Notes under the pieces: model-generated | The model's input: only the letters and a program-made list of their open reading frames with translations | What the model was told of the DNA's origin: nothing | Database searches by the model: none | Part shown: positions 43,289 to 55,200 of the stretch, in pieces | Position numbering within the stretch: position 1 is the first letter of the stretch | Layout: the number at the start of each line of letters is the position of its first letter | Origin: Anthoceros angustus | Lineage: Eukaryota; Plantae; Anthocerotophyta | Reading direction: 5' to 3' | NCBI GenBank assembly: GCA_010909165.1 | Contig: VJWM01000007.1 | Coordinates: 682,001-746,000 of the forward strand | Length of the DNA stretch: 64,000 nt | Position numbers and translations under genes: made by a program

Positions 43289-46200
43289 ATGGCCAAGGTT
43301 GGCGCGGAGGCCAAGACCAAGGGCAAGGGCAAGGCTGGCGCCAAGGCCGATCCCAAGGGGAAGGGGAAGGCCAAGGCCAAGGCCAAGGGCAAGGGCAAAG
43401 AAGCTCCCGCAGCCCCACCTCCACCACCACCGCCTCCTCCTCCTCCACCACCCCCTCCACCTCCTCCGCCACCACCTCCACCTCCTCCGCCTCCGCCGCC
43501 TGCTGAGCCACCTCCCCTCAAAGGTTGTCCCGTGGCAAGAAGACTCACGCGTCCAGTGGCTGCGCCGCACAGCCTGCGCGGCGCTCAATTTGTCCTCGCA
43601 GATCTTTGACGAGTTTCTGATTCAGGATGACGAAGGCCCCGCTGCATCTCGTCCTTCGTGGATGCCGCTGATCCCTGCCTGCTCTTCTACACTCACACCG
43701 TCGTGCCCGGTCTACCGCATACTCCTCCGCACCCGCCGGAAGCAAGTCCGCCAGCCCCCGACATAGCAGCAGTAGCACCAGCCCTAGACGCAGTAGCAGC
43801 ATCTACACCAGCCCCAGGCGCAACAGCAGCATCAACACCATCCCCGGACGCAGCAGCAACACCATCAGCCCCGGACGCGCCAGCTGCATCAACAGCAGCC
43901 CCGAACGCGGGAGCTGTATCAACACCAACCGCGGAAGCAGCTGCGGCGTTGGCGCCAGCCGCAGTAGCAGCAGCCGCGTCGGCGCCAGCCGCAGTAGCAG
44001 CAGCGTCGGCGCCAGCCGCAGCAGCAGCCGCGTCGGCGCCAGCCGCAGCAGCAGCCGCGTCGGCGCCAGCCGCAGCAGCAGCGTCGGCACCGGCCGCGGA
44101 GCAGCAGCAGCACCGGCCCGGTGGAAGCAAATGCCGCTGTAGCAGCGTCGGCAACAGTTGCGGCGGCAGCCGCAGCGGCAACGGCGGCCGCGGAAGCTTC
44201 TCCGCCCGGCTGCCGTTCCTGCTCCTGGTCCCGCTGCCGAGGGACATGAGCAGGTGGAAGTTGGCTTGCCTGCGCCGCCGGATGGCGCGCGGCCACCTCC
44301 GGCGCAAGTTTCGCTACCATCTTTCAAGGTTCTGCGGGCAGCATCTCAAGGTCACTTTCCCGATCAGCCTGCTTTCCACAACGCCATGTATTTCATCAAG
44401 TTGGAGCCCGGCAAGCTAGATGCTGCCGGCTCCGACCACAATCTCGAGTATGGAGTGTTGCCATGTGGGCCGTCTCTCACAGCCTTGGAACAGGTGGGTT
44501 CTTCTGCCTTGCATTGCAGTTGGACGCCTCATTCATGTACTGGATAGGAGTCTCACAACAATGTGCGTGCGTTCATCTGCTTGTTTCAGCTGATGCTGCA
44601 ACTTTTCATCCCCATCATCACCAAGGACGGGGTACGCGGCCACTCCCTTCTGCCCCCAGCTCCCGACGACGATGTGCCCACCGCGGACCTTACCGGTGGC
44701 GAACTTGTGAGCAACATGCAGAGATTCACGTCGCAGGCAAGCAATTCTCCTACACTACCCCGCAACTACAGCTATGGGTCCCAGCCCAGCAGCCCAGCCC
44801 GCCGTCCTGCCCACGCTTAATGTCCCTCCGCTGCAGGTCACCAATGCCAGGCAACATTTGACAGGAGATGCGCAGCTTGCCTTTCCCACCATACCTCCTG
44901 ATAGTTTCGACAAATCTGAAGTTGACTATGAACTCATCCTTCAGGTGCCTGCAGCTCCTGCCATTTGCTCCTTCGACCCTTTCCGCAAGCCTATCGTAAC
45001 TGTTGCTCTCTCCCTTGTCCCATTGCCAGCTCGAGACAGCCGTCCAAGACTGGACCTCCACTTTGGAAGCTGCCATTGGGCGTGAAACAGAAAAGGTGTG
45101 TACGACTACCGGAAATGGGAAATGGGAAATGGGAAATGGGAAATGGGAAATGGGAAATGGGAAATGGTCCTTCCCACCACCGCCCGCTCTACGGACATCC
45201 TGCCCCTCATATTCCTTCTTCAATGTCCGCAGGCTCCTGTAGGCAACAGCCCTCTGGCGGAAACTGAGTTTTGGAGGGATAGATGCAATGCACTCAGTTT
45301 CTTCTACGAACAGCTCAACTCCCCCAAGGCTAAACGACTTCTAGCACTTCTTGAGGCCGGAAGCTTTGATTCCAATCTTTTAGGAGCTTTTAAGACACAG
45401 GCAAGTTTGTATAATGTGCACTCACAAGCCAACACTTGCTTCTTATCCAGCCATCCATCCATCTGTCTGGGCATTCACGTTCACATCTTCGCTGCAGTTT
45501 ATGGACCTGACAAAGATGTTTTTGGAAGCCAAAGACAACATGAAGTTCCTTACCACCTTGGAGAGACACTTCAAGGTCTTTCTCCCAGGCCCCCTCCTCA
45601 CCACCATCACCTTCTGTTTGATGCCTACTAAATGTGAGCTGTACTGTCCGTCGTGTTCAAAACTAGACTATATGCTTAGGCCCACTGCAGCGGGTCCTGG
45701 AGACAATTAGTCCAATGATGAACGCCCTCCGCATGGTCTGGATCATTTCTCGCCACTATTCCGATGACGCTCGCATGGGATCTCTCATGGAACGCATAGC
45801 GTACCAGGTACACATGTCCACCTACGCACACCCTGGTATCAGCCTACACCTCCTTCTCTCCGGCGCAGGCATTCCCGGCCACTTTGAACTCCATCCTTGT
45901 TGTGGTTTTTACAGATTGCGCAAACTGTCAGCACGGAGATAGGCTTTCCCAAGGTGTTCCGACTTCCAGCTGAAGAGGCGACACGCAAAATCTCTACTGC
46001 CAAGGCTGTTCTAGACTCTTGGACTGAGATATATTTACAAGTTCGAGAGCGCATTGAGGTCAATGGCAGAGATCCTAGGTTCACTGTCGGCACTTGCTCA
46101 CCCACCTTGTCAAGCAAATTGCCCACTTGTCATTGAGCTCACTGCTGTATCTGTAGGCAGCGTTTGCTCCCAAGACAAGGCTGTCCAGTTTGCTAAGCGT

Positions 46201-49200
46201 TTTGGCTAACCTTTACTATTCTTGCAGTCACAGATGCTCGGCTTCCTTGTGCAGGTGGGAGTTTGATCGCAAACGCTTATTTGAGAAGACAACGTACATG
46301 TCAACCGTCTGTGTCGATTTGCTTCACATTGTGGAGGTGGTGAATGACTTTGTTCAATTTCTGGGGCCGGAACTGAAGTCCGTCACAGGAGACGTCCAGG
46401 GTATAGATGCTATGATCCAAGTGAGTTGATTTCAACTGGGCATTATCGTTTTAGAGGTGAGACTTACCTATGTTGAGTCGGCATACAATATTGAAGAGGG
46501 TCGGGTTAATTCTGCATGTGGGACAGAAAGTCGCTGACATGCTGGGGCCCATAGAGAAGCTACCTTTCGAGCCCTTTGATAAATCGCACTCTGCTCAATG
46601 GTCAGCCACAGTTACCAACTTCGACGTTGATAAGGGAAATATTGAGCAGTCAACGAGAGCATTTATAGATACGTCCTTCAAAAAGCTGCGTAGTGCTGAA
46701 GGTATTTGGCACCAGCCAGTTGACGATGATATTCACTGAAGAGGGAGGTTAGAACGTGGTATATCAGCTGGCAGTATTTACTCGCAGGTGCTTTGGAGCT
46801 CATGCAAAATTTCAAGACAATCAAGAGTGAAGGAGCCATACATAAGCAAATGATGGACAAGTTCAATGATATTCTGGCTCAGGTTTTGGGAAGAACCCAT
46901 GTCTCAGTTGGATGCCTAGATGGGAGCTCTGATCAGCACGCAGGTTTCTCATGAGTTTGGTACTCTATGTAGTTTTCAAAAGAAATCGAATCAACACGGG
47001 AGATTTTTGAACGTGATAACCTGGCACCTCCCACAACAAGGAATCAGGTATTCGCCTGTCACAAGGTGTTATCTTTTACTGAACTTCAGGCTATCTCATG
47101 CTGACCTGTGCTCTATACCAGCCTCCAGTTGCAGGATCCATAAACTGGGCTCGCTCTTTATTTGGCCGTGTTAGAAAAACAATGCACAAGTTTGAAACGA
47201 CTGGCAGCGACATGATGCAAGATGCACCTGCCCTCGAGGTGCAATGCGGGTTCTCCGTTTCCACATATGACATAGAATGCATAGATACTTTGTGCAGCCT
47301 TTTCTAGGAGAGAGAAAGCCTCATAAGCTTGCAGAATAATCGGTTAACTTTTTGGTGGCTGTGGGGTGATGAAACACAGTTGGACATACAGTATAGAGCT
47401 TTGGCAAAGCAGATGATGCACTTCGAAAAAAATTGGGTGACGGAGTGGGCGGCTTCTGTGAACCAGCAAGCCTCGCATCTACTGAAGCAGGTCCACATTT
47501 ATCTTCGGCCCCAGAGTGTAGAGCATTCCAGCTGCTATCAAATTTTGTGCGATTTATTAGAACAAGCTGGGGCTTGTTGACCAAAACGAGGGTTGCCTAA
47601 ATTCTTGCTTCCTTGTGCAGCCAATCTTTCGGAGAGATGCAGCCGGTAGATTTGAAATAAATCTACATGGGAATCTCCTGCAGATCATCAGGGAAACTAA
47701 GTACTTGGACTCCTTAGGGTTCAAGTTGTCCGAGACTGCCCTTAGCGTAACCCTGCAGGAAGACAAATACCAGTTCTGTGTGGAAAGCCTCCAGAATATG
47801 ATTCAGGTTAGCTGCCTAGCCGTAGGCCGTAGGTGTATCTCATGTGCCAAGAGCACTTTGAAAGCCTGAAGCAGACGTCTGTTATGTGCAGCATTACGAG
47901 GCCGTCACAGGAATGCTAACACCAGTGGAAAGTCGACTGTTAGTCCAGAGACTGAAAAGGCTGCAACATGTTTTGGATCCTGGGTTAACTCAACTCAATT
48001 GGAATGCTTTAGGCATACCAGATTTTGTACAAACGTGCATGAAAGCCATCAATGAATTCAAATCTGTGGTTACTCAGGTTTTTCCCCCAAAAGGGATATT
48101 AGAAGGGCTTGCAGTGTCATCATTGATAATCTTGACGCACCTAGGCCCACTGTGAAACCTTAGAAGGCTTCTGACGACGGTTCCTACTATAATAGGTGCA
48201 GCACGGCTCGTCCAACATCGAGAAGGCGCTTGAGGAGATTGCTACTTCAAAGCTTGTGCAGATCACCGTGTCTGAAGGGGATTCTGATATTTTGGATCTT
48301 CAGGTCCGCCGAGAAGCTGGATTCTTTCCTGCTAATGCTGGAACCATCATCTAATACGATACCCGGTTGGGTGTTGCCATCAGGAATTCTACGAAGACAC
48401 GGAGCGGAAGCGTCAGTTGATTATTGAAACCCTGCTTAAGAAGTAGGATTGTCCTGGCTAATTTTATTTTCCCTGAGATAGGGGTCATAACTGGGTTCTC
48501 GTTTATTCTCGTCTAATGGTCCTCGTGCTGCTATCCAAGCTTGACCTCCTCGTGCTGCTATCCAAGCTTGACCTTTCTGTCAGTCAGGTACAGGAGCATT
48601 ACACCTCTCCTGAAAAAGGTGGAGGAGGTCGTTGTAGCTACTAGCACTGGGGTATCCAAACTATTCTCTGAGTATTACTCCTATTGGGAGCAGAAAGTCT
48701 TCAAATCTTTGAACCAGCTTGTGCTGAATGGGATGGGAACCCTTCACTTCTTGTTCCAAGAAAGACGCTTGAAAAAGGTTGTTGTAACCACAGGGAGGCT
48801 CAAGATGTCTCTTGCTTGTTCTCACCCCGACTTCAGACTAAGTCTTCTCTCACTCCGACCTCTGACAGGGCGGTCCAGCATGGAGAACAGAATTCTGCCC
48901 AAAGCTTTTTAAAGTAAACTGCTTTCTCAATAAGCCAGACGTTGTGGTGAACCCCAGCATCAATGAGATCACAAAGATATCGACGCGCATGGTATGTTAC
49001 TGGTTATAAGCGTCCTGTTTTCTCTGTACTGTTTGTGTATTGCTAGATATAGAGCTCAAACGTGAAAGGTGTGCATAATGTGTTTGAACAGGTAAGGAAT
49101 GTGGTGGAATCCTCTCGACCTTTTGTTCGTTGGATGGATGGGACATGTCTAGAAACTCCTGAACAGGTAACAGAGCAATGCTGGGAAACTGCTTCTACCT

Positions 49201-52200
49201 GTTTTGCTTCCCATCATACTGAATTAGAGATTGTTTGCGTCTGTGGTGAGCAGCTTCTCATATTTTCGAAATACGATCCATTACCATGCAGTTCCATTGT
49301 TCTAGTAGTTATAATTTCTCTTTCATCAGTCCACCAGTTAGGACCCATGACCAAAATCCAAATTGAAAACATTGAACACTCCATTTTGTAGCCAGTTCTG
49401 TTCAAAAGACTTTAAGTGTGGCAAGTGTGGTTGATGGTGTCATAAGCTTCTCTTGTGTTTCAGAAAGTGACTGGAGAGGACGACGAACATTTCACATTTT
49501 CCTTCTACACTGATGTCTCTGTAAACCCACAGGTAAGTAAGGTTCGAGTTGTTGTCTGCCGTCTCTAGAATTGGCACCTTGATACTGAAGCTTAAGAGCT
49601 TCTTCCAAAAACACATGGTTGAAACAAAGCCTTCTACCTTGTCCTGGGTCTCCAAATGCAGATACTGAAAGCAATGCTCACTTTGAACAATAGAATCCAA
49701 AAAGCAATTGCGGGAATTCAAAAGTACTTTACTATCTGCTCCTAGTTCAGAACCTGCTTGCGGTGCTTCTGCCTGAGCTAGTGTTAGCCTGCTGGTAACT
49801 GTTTTTTATCGTCTGTGGATCTAGGCACCTGCAAAACTGGCAAAAATATCAACATCTGTGGAGGCAAGACAAGGTTGCGATCTTAGCCAAATTCTGTGCA
49901 AAAAACCCGCCATGCACCTTTTTTGAGGAGAAGCTGCATAAATACAAGAAGGTACTTGTCGTATGTATGTTGGGTTGACTTCTTTCCACCTTTCTCCTCA
50001 TTGGGAATGAACTTTTGAAATTCCGTTTGCAGGTTGCAACGGATGTTATGGATGCATCTAAGGATAAAAGCGTTGAATTCATCCAAGTAAGCTCCCACCA
50101 GCTCATTACATCGGTAAACAGCGAGGCCATGGCTTGGGTCTATGCTATAGGTCAAGCCATGGCCGCTCATGAAAAGCATAGAGTGAATGCCTTGCACTTG
50201 AAGATCGACAAGTATGCGAAGACCCTGAGTGAGGTATGTCAATCACAGTCATGTGTATTAGTGGCATTTGCTCCACATGGCTCCCTTGATAGGATAACAG
50301 TTCACGTACTTGAATTTTCTTGCTAAACTCTACATCGGCTGGTTGTGGTCCTACAGGCCCCTGAAAATCTCGAAGAGCTGAAAACAGTTCTGAATGTTGT
50401 GGCTGAGATTCAAGGTCTAGGGATGGAGATGGAACTAGAGTAAGTTGCACATTCTGCCTACAGATTCACCTGTCTGAAGGATTAAGATGAGCTAGAGCAT
50501 CTGCACTTTCACTCTTGCAGATATGTGGATTTAGAGGAGCGCAATAGGACTCGAGAACTTTATGACCTGGTAAATATTGCAGAAGACAGAGCTCAGGCAT
50601 TCAATCTTCGACCCAGGCATGAATGTGCTCTTCGCTTGTAATTGAGTCTCAACACGATTAATGGTGTGGTGATATTTTTTAACATCTGCTCTTTGTTGAA
50701 CCAAGGATTTCTAACGTCCAGTTTTGTGTGGCTGTTAGGTGGTTGGAACTTGAGAAGGAAGCTGCAATCCTAAATGTGTCCTTGCAGGAGACAAAAAAGA
50801 AGTTTACTGAAGAAACAGAACGACAGGTGGCTAAGATTTGTCTATGATGTGCAGCTGCCGACTCGGGACTCTTGCTCGCTTCCATTATCATTCTCCTGCA
50901 ACGGTGTATGCTGTGTAGATTCAAGATTTTTCAAGACTTGCAGTCTCGTTCAGAGATCGAATGATGTTGAAGGGACCTGGGACGAGCAATGACCTAGATG
51001 AAGGGCTTGCGCTGCTGAAGGATTATCAGGTGAGAGACAGGTTCACAATATAGCGGTATGATGCTGCACATTTTCTTCTCGGGATTGTTAGCGCTTTGAT
51101 TGTGCCAAGCTAGCAACTTGGGGATGCAACTAATGTCTTTGAGCATGATGTGATACATGAATTGCCTCAACTGTTCAACTTCGATACCAGACTGAATTAG
51201 AGGGAATTCAAAAGACAAGAGAAGCCCTTGTGCTTGCCCAGAAGCTATTTGATATGCCAATCACACCCTACCCTGCTCTTGCAGAGGTAAAAATGATGAA
51301 GTAAGTGCGGCTGTTGGTGACTGTGGACAGTACTTCTTACAATTGTCTCTCTCTTAGGTTGAAGGTTCGCTGAAAAGCATGACCTTGATATACAATGTGT
51401 ATGTGGACTTCAAGAATGCGGTCGCAAATTACTCTAGTATGTTGTGGGTAGAACTCGACATTGATAAACTGGTCAAAGTCACTGAGGAATTTGGCGTGCG
51501 CATGAAACGCATGAAAACTCTAAAAACTTTGCTGCCATTTATTAACCTGGAAGCGAAGTTGAAGGGTTTCCAGGATTCACTTCCCCTGATTCAGGTGAGA
51601 TTTCCCTGGTATCATGAGTTAGAAACACAGCTGAGTTTAGATGCAGAAACTGTGTACTGTTTCCGAGGAAAACTATCCTAACCTTTTTTGTCACAGGACC
51701 TCAAAAGCGAAGCACTCCGGCCCAGACATTGGGAAAAGCTGATGAAGGAAACTGGGAAATCATTTGACATGGATCCCAAGACTTTTACCCTCGCGAACTT
51801 GTTTAGAATGGAGCTTCATAGGTTTGCAAATGTGATCAGGTACAAAATCATTACCTGTGTGGCGGTACAGTTGTATGAAGGAGGAGGGAGAAGAAGGATT
51901 ATATTTGAACTCCTTATGTTTTTCTATTTGAACTGCTCTGAGTGCTTTATTGGAATTTCCATTGACCTGATCCTGTTTTATTCGTGTCGTTAAGACCCTT
52001 CTTTGCCTCAACCTAGATGACTCTTTGACTGTAAGTCCCCTCACTCCTTGATAGTGAAATTACAAATGCTGCGACGAAAGAATTAAACATAGAAAGCGAG
52101 CTTAAAAATATGGCTGACACGTGGAAGGACCAGCAGTTTGAGGTGTACAAGTACAACAAAGATGGAAGGGACCGAGGATGGGTTTTGAAGTCCACCGAGC

Positions 52201-55200
52201 CAATTGCTTTTCTTCTGGAGGATATGACACTTAACTTGCAGAGCATGACTAGCTCGCGGTTTGTGCGTGCATTTCTTGATGAGGTCAACTCGTGGGAAAG
52301 GAGATTGAGTTTGATTGGCGAGGTTATTGAAATTTGGATGCAGGTATGTACGAAATCGCTAATGGTATGTAAAGCCTAAAGCTAGTCTGCAGATAATGGG
52401 CTGGCTAAAGCATTCCTTTCATATGGATCAGGTGCAACGAAAATGGATGTATCTTGAGAGTATCTTTTGCTCAGATGACATCCGACATCAGCTGCCTGAC
52501 GAAGCCAAAAAATTTGATGTTATTGATAAGAATTGGAAAAAGATCATGACAGAGACAGCTGGCAATCCCAACATAGTAGCTGCTTGCAGTGTGGATGGAC
52601 GCTTGTCTGCTCTTGGTCTTCTGTTCCAGCAGCTTGAGAATTGTCAGAAGAGTTTGAGCGAGTAAGCTTTCTAACTTTGATCGACCTTTGTTCCTACATG
52701 GCTGCTGGATGAGTGGTATTGAACAGTCGGTGCTATATGCCCATTATTGCAGGTATTTGGATACCAAGAGAAATGCGTTTCCCAGATTTTTTTTCATATC
52801 TGATGATGAGCTCTTATCAGTTCTTGGCACATCAGACCCAAGCTCAATACAAGAGCATATGCTGAAACTATTCGACAATTGTGCAGCCTTGGTATTTGGT
52901 GATAAAATGAAATCAGTTATTGGGATGAAATCTTCAGAGTCTGAGACATTCTCGTTTAAATTAAACGTGCCTACCGATGGTGCTGTTGAGGGGTGGATGA
53001 AAGCCGTCGAGGCAGAGATGCGCCATACCCTATATGAGATATTAAAGGAAGGGGTTTATAATTATGCTAAGATTCGCCGAACCCAGTGGATTATTGACAA
53101 CCTTGGCATGGTCACACTTGTAAGCTGGGGAACTCTCTACAAGCTTTGAACCGATACGTTTCAGTGATCCCCAAGTTTTGAGGGTTGCTATGAGGTTCCT
53201 TTCCTTCATGAAGTCTGAATGTTCATCTTTCTATGTGGTCAGGCTGGAAGCCAAATTTGGTGGACCTGGGAAGTGGAAGATGCTTTCCTTAGCGTTCGAA
53301 AAGGCAATAAAAATGCTATGAAAGTCTTCAGCGTTAAGCTAACTGACCAGCTGGATGACCTGGTTACCATGGTCCGCTCAGATTTGAGTTCCTTACAAAG
53401 AAAAAAGGTGCCGTTGTGTTTGTCTCTTTTTCTTCACATTTTGGCTCACCTGCCTTCAAAGTTTTGATACACTTTAGACCACAAGCTCCGTTTTTTTCCT
53501 GATTGAAGCTGTTTTGTTTGTCGTGTATCATAGGTGAATGCTCTTATCATTATTGATGTACATGCTCGAGATATTATTGATACTTTTGTGCGCGACAGTA
53601 TATTAGACCATAGGGAATTTGCTTGGGAGAGTCAGCTACGATTCTACTGGGATAGGATAAAGGACGATACTATGATCAGGTGCTTACTACTTCTTATAGC
53701 CTTTCAGGAAAACTGGTGTGACCTTGACCTTTGTCGCATAGAAGTGTATTTTTAAAACTCTTTTTACTGAATTTTTAGACAGTGTACTGGGGAATTCCGA
53801 TATGGTTATGAATATATGGGACTGAATGGGAGGCTGGTTATTACGGCGCTAACCGATCGGTGTTACATGACTCTCACGACTGCATTGACATATCGACTTG
53901 GCGGTGCTCCAGCTGGACCTGCTGGGACAGGCAAAACTGAAACAACTAAAGATCTAGCGAAGTCTATGGCGCTACTTTGTGTTGTCTTCAATTGTGGTGA
54001 CGGACTGGACTATAAGGTTCATTAGGTTCATTTTGATTCTGTCGGACCTACTTAGTGATCCTGTCCTATATGCGTGTTTTAGGTAATCACTAGCTGTAAT
54101 AATGTCGGTATGTCGTTGTTTTTATGTAACTTGAGTTCATACCGGGTTCCTTGTGCAGGCAATGGGTTCAATATTTTCTGGGCTAGTTCAATGTGGAGCA
54201 TGGGGTTGCTTTGATGAATTTAACAGGATTGATGCTGAAGTACTTTCAGTGGTATCATCTCAAATAAAGCAAATACAGGTGAAATTATAAAATTTTTAGT
54301 TAATCATACGGAGCTTTGAGACAAGTCTAAATTCCGCTAGGAGTATGACGTGGTTTTTGTGAATCGCTAGGAAGCACTAAAGAACGGCTTGAAGAAATTT
54401 GTATTTGAAGGTAAAGAGATCGCACTTGACTCCAGGACAGGGATATTTATAACGATGAATCCCGGCTACGCTGGAAGGACAGAGCTTCCAGACAATCTGA
54501 AAGCACTGTTTCGTCCAGTGACAATGATTGTGCCAGATTTCTTACAAATTTGCGAGATTATGCTTTTCTCGGAAGGGTGAGATGAAAGCAGCTCATGCGG
54601 TTTACTAGGAAACTGAGACGTCTTGTACTGATGCATTGCACATGGGGTGTCTGATAAGAGTTTGATTGGCTTTTGCAGGTTCGGAACAGCAAAACTGCTC
54701 GCTAAGAAGATGACTGTGCTCTACAAACTTTCGAGAGAGCAGCTATCGAAGCAGTATCATTATGACTTCGGTCTACGTGCTTTGAAGTCCGTCTTGGTCA
54801 TGGCAGGGGCACTCAAACGAGGTAGCCCAGACATGAGTGAGCAGCTGGTTCTCATGCGAGCTTTAAGAGATATGAATCTTCCGAAGTTTGTGTTCGAGGA
54901 TGTGCCACTTTTTTTGGGTCTTATTAATGACCTGTTTCCGGGGCTGGATTGTCCCCGTGTTCGATATCCGCAACTCAATGACGTCGTAGAGCTGGACTTG
55001 AAGGTGAAAACACACCCTTTTACAAGATCAGAGATCTGGAATAGGACCTGGTATTGCACAAATAAATGACACAGGGAGCGTGCTTGCATCCTGAGCATTC
55101 GAGTCTTTCTTTTGCGTATGACATTCTCATTTCACGTGGCATATATACGAACGTTCAGTTCTTGAGAGGCTGTTCTACCCTGTCTATGATGTAGGAACAT

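Noticed and set aside
43227-44327. Long antisense Gly/Ala-rich ORFs opposite the dynein first exon, and similar shadow ORFs across the window
   Set aside because: They are by-products of GC-rich, repetitive coding sequence and have no recognisable domains.
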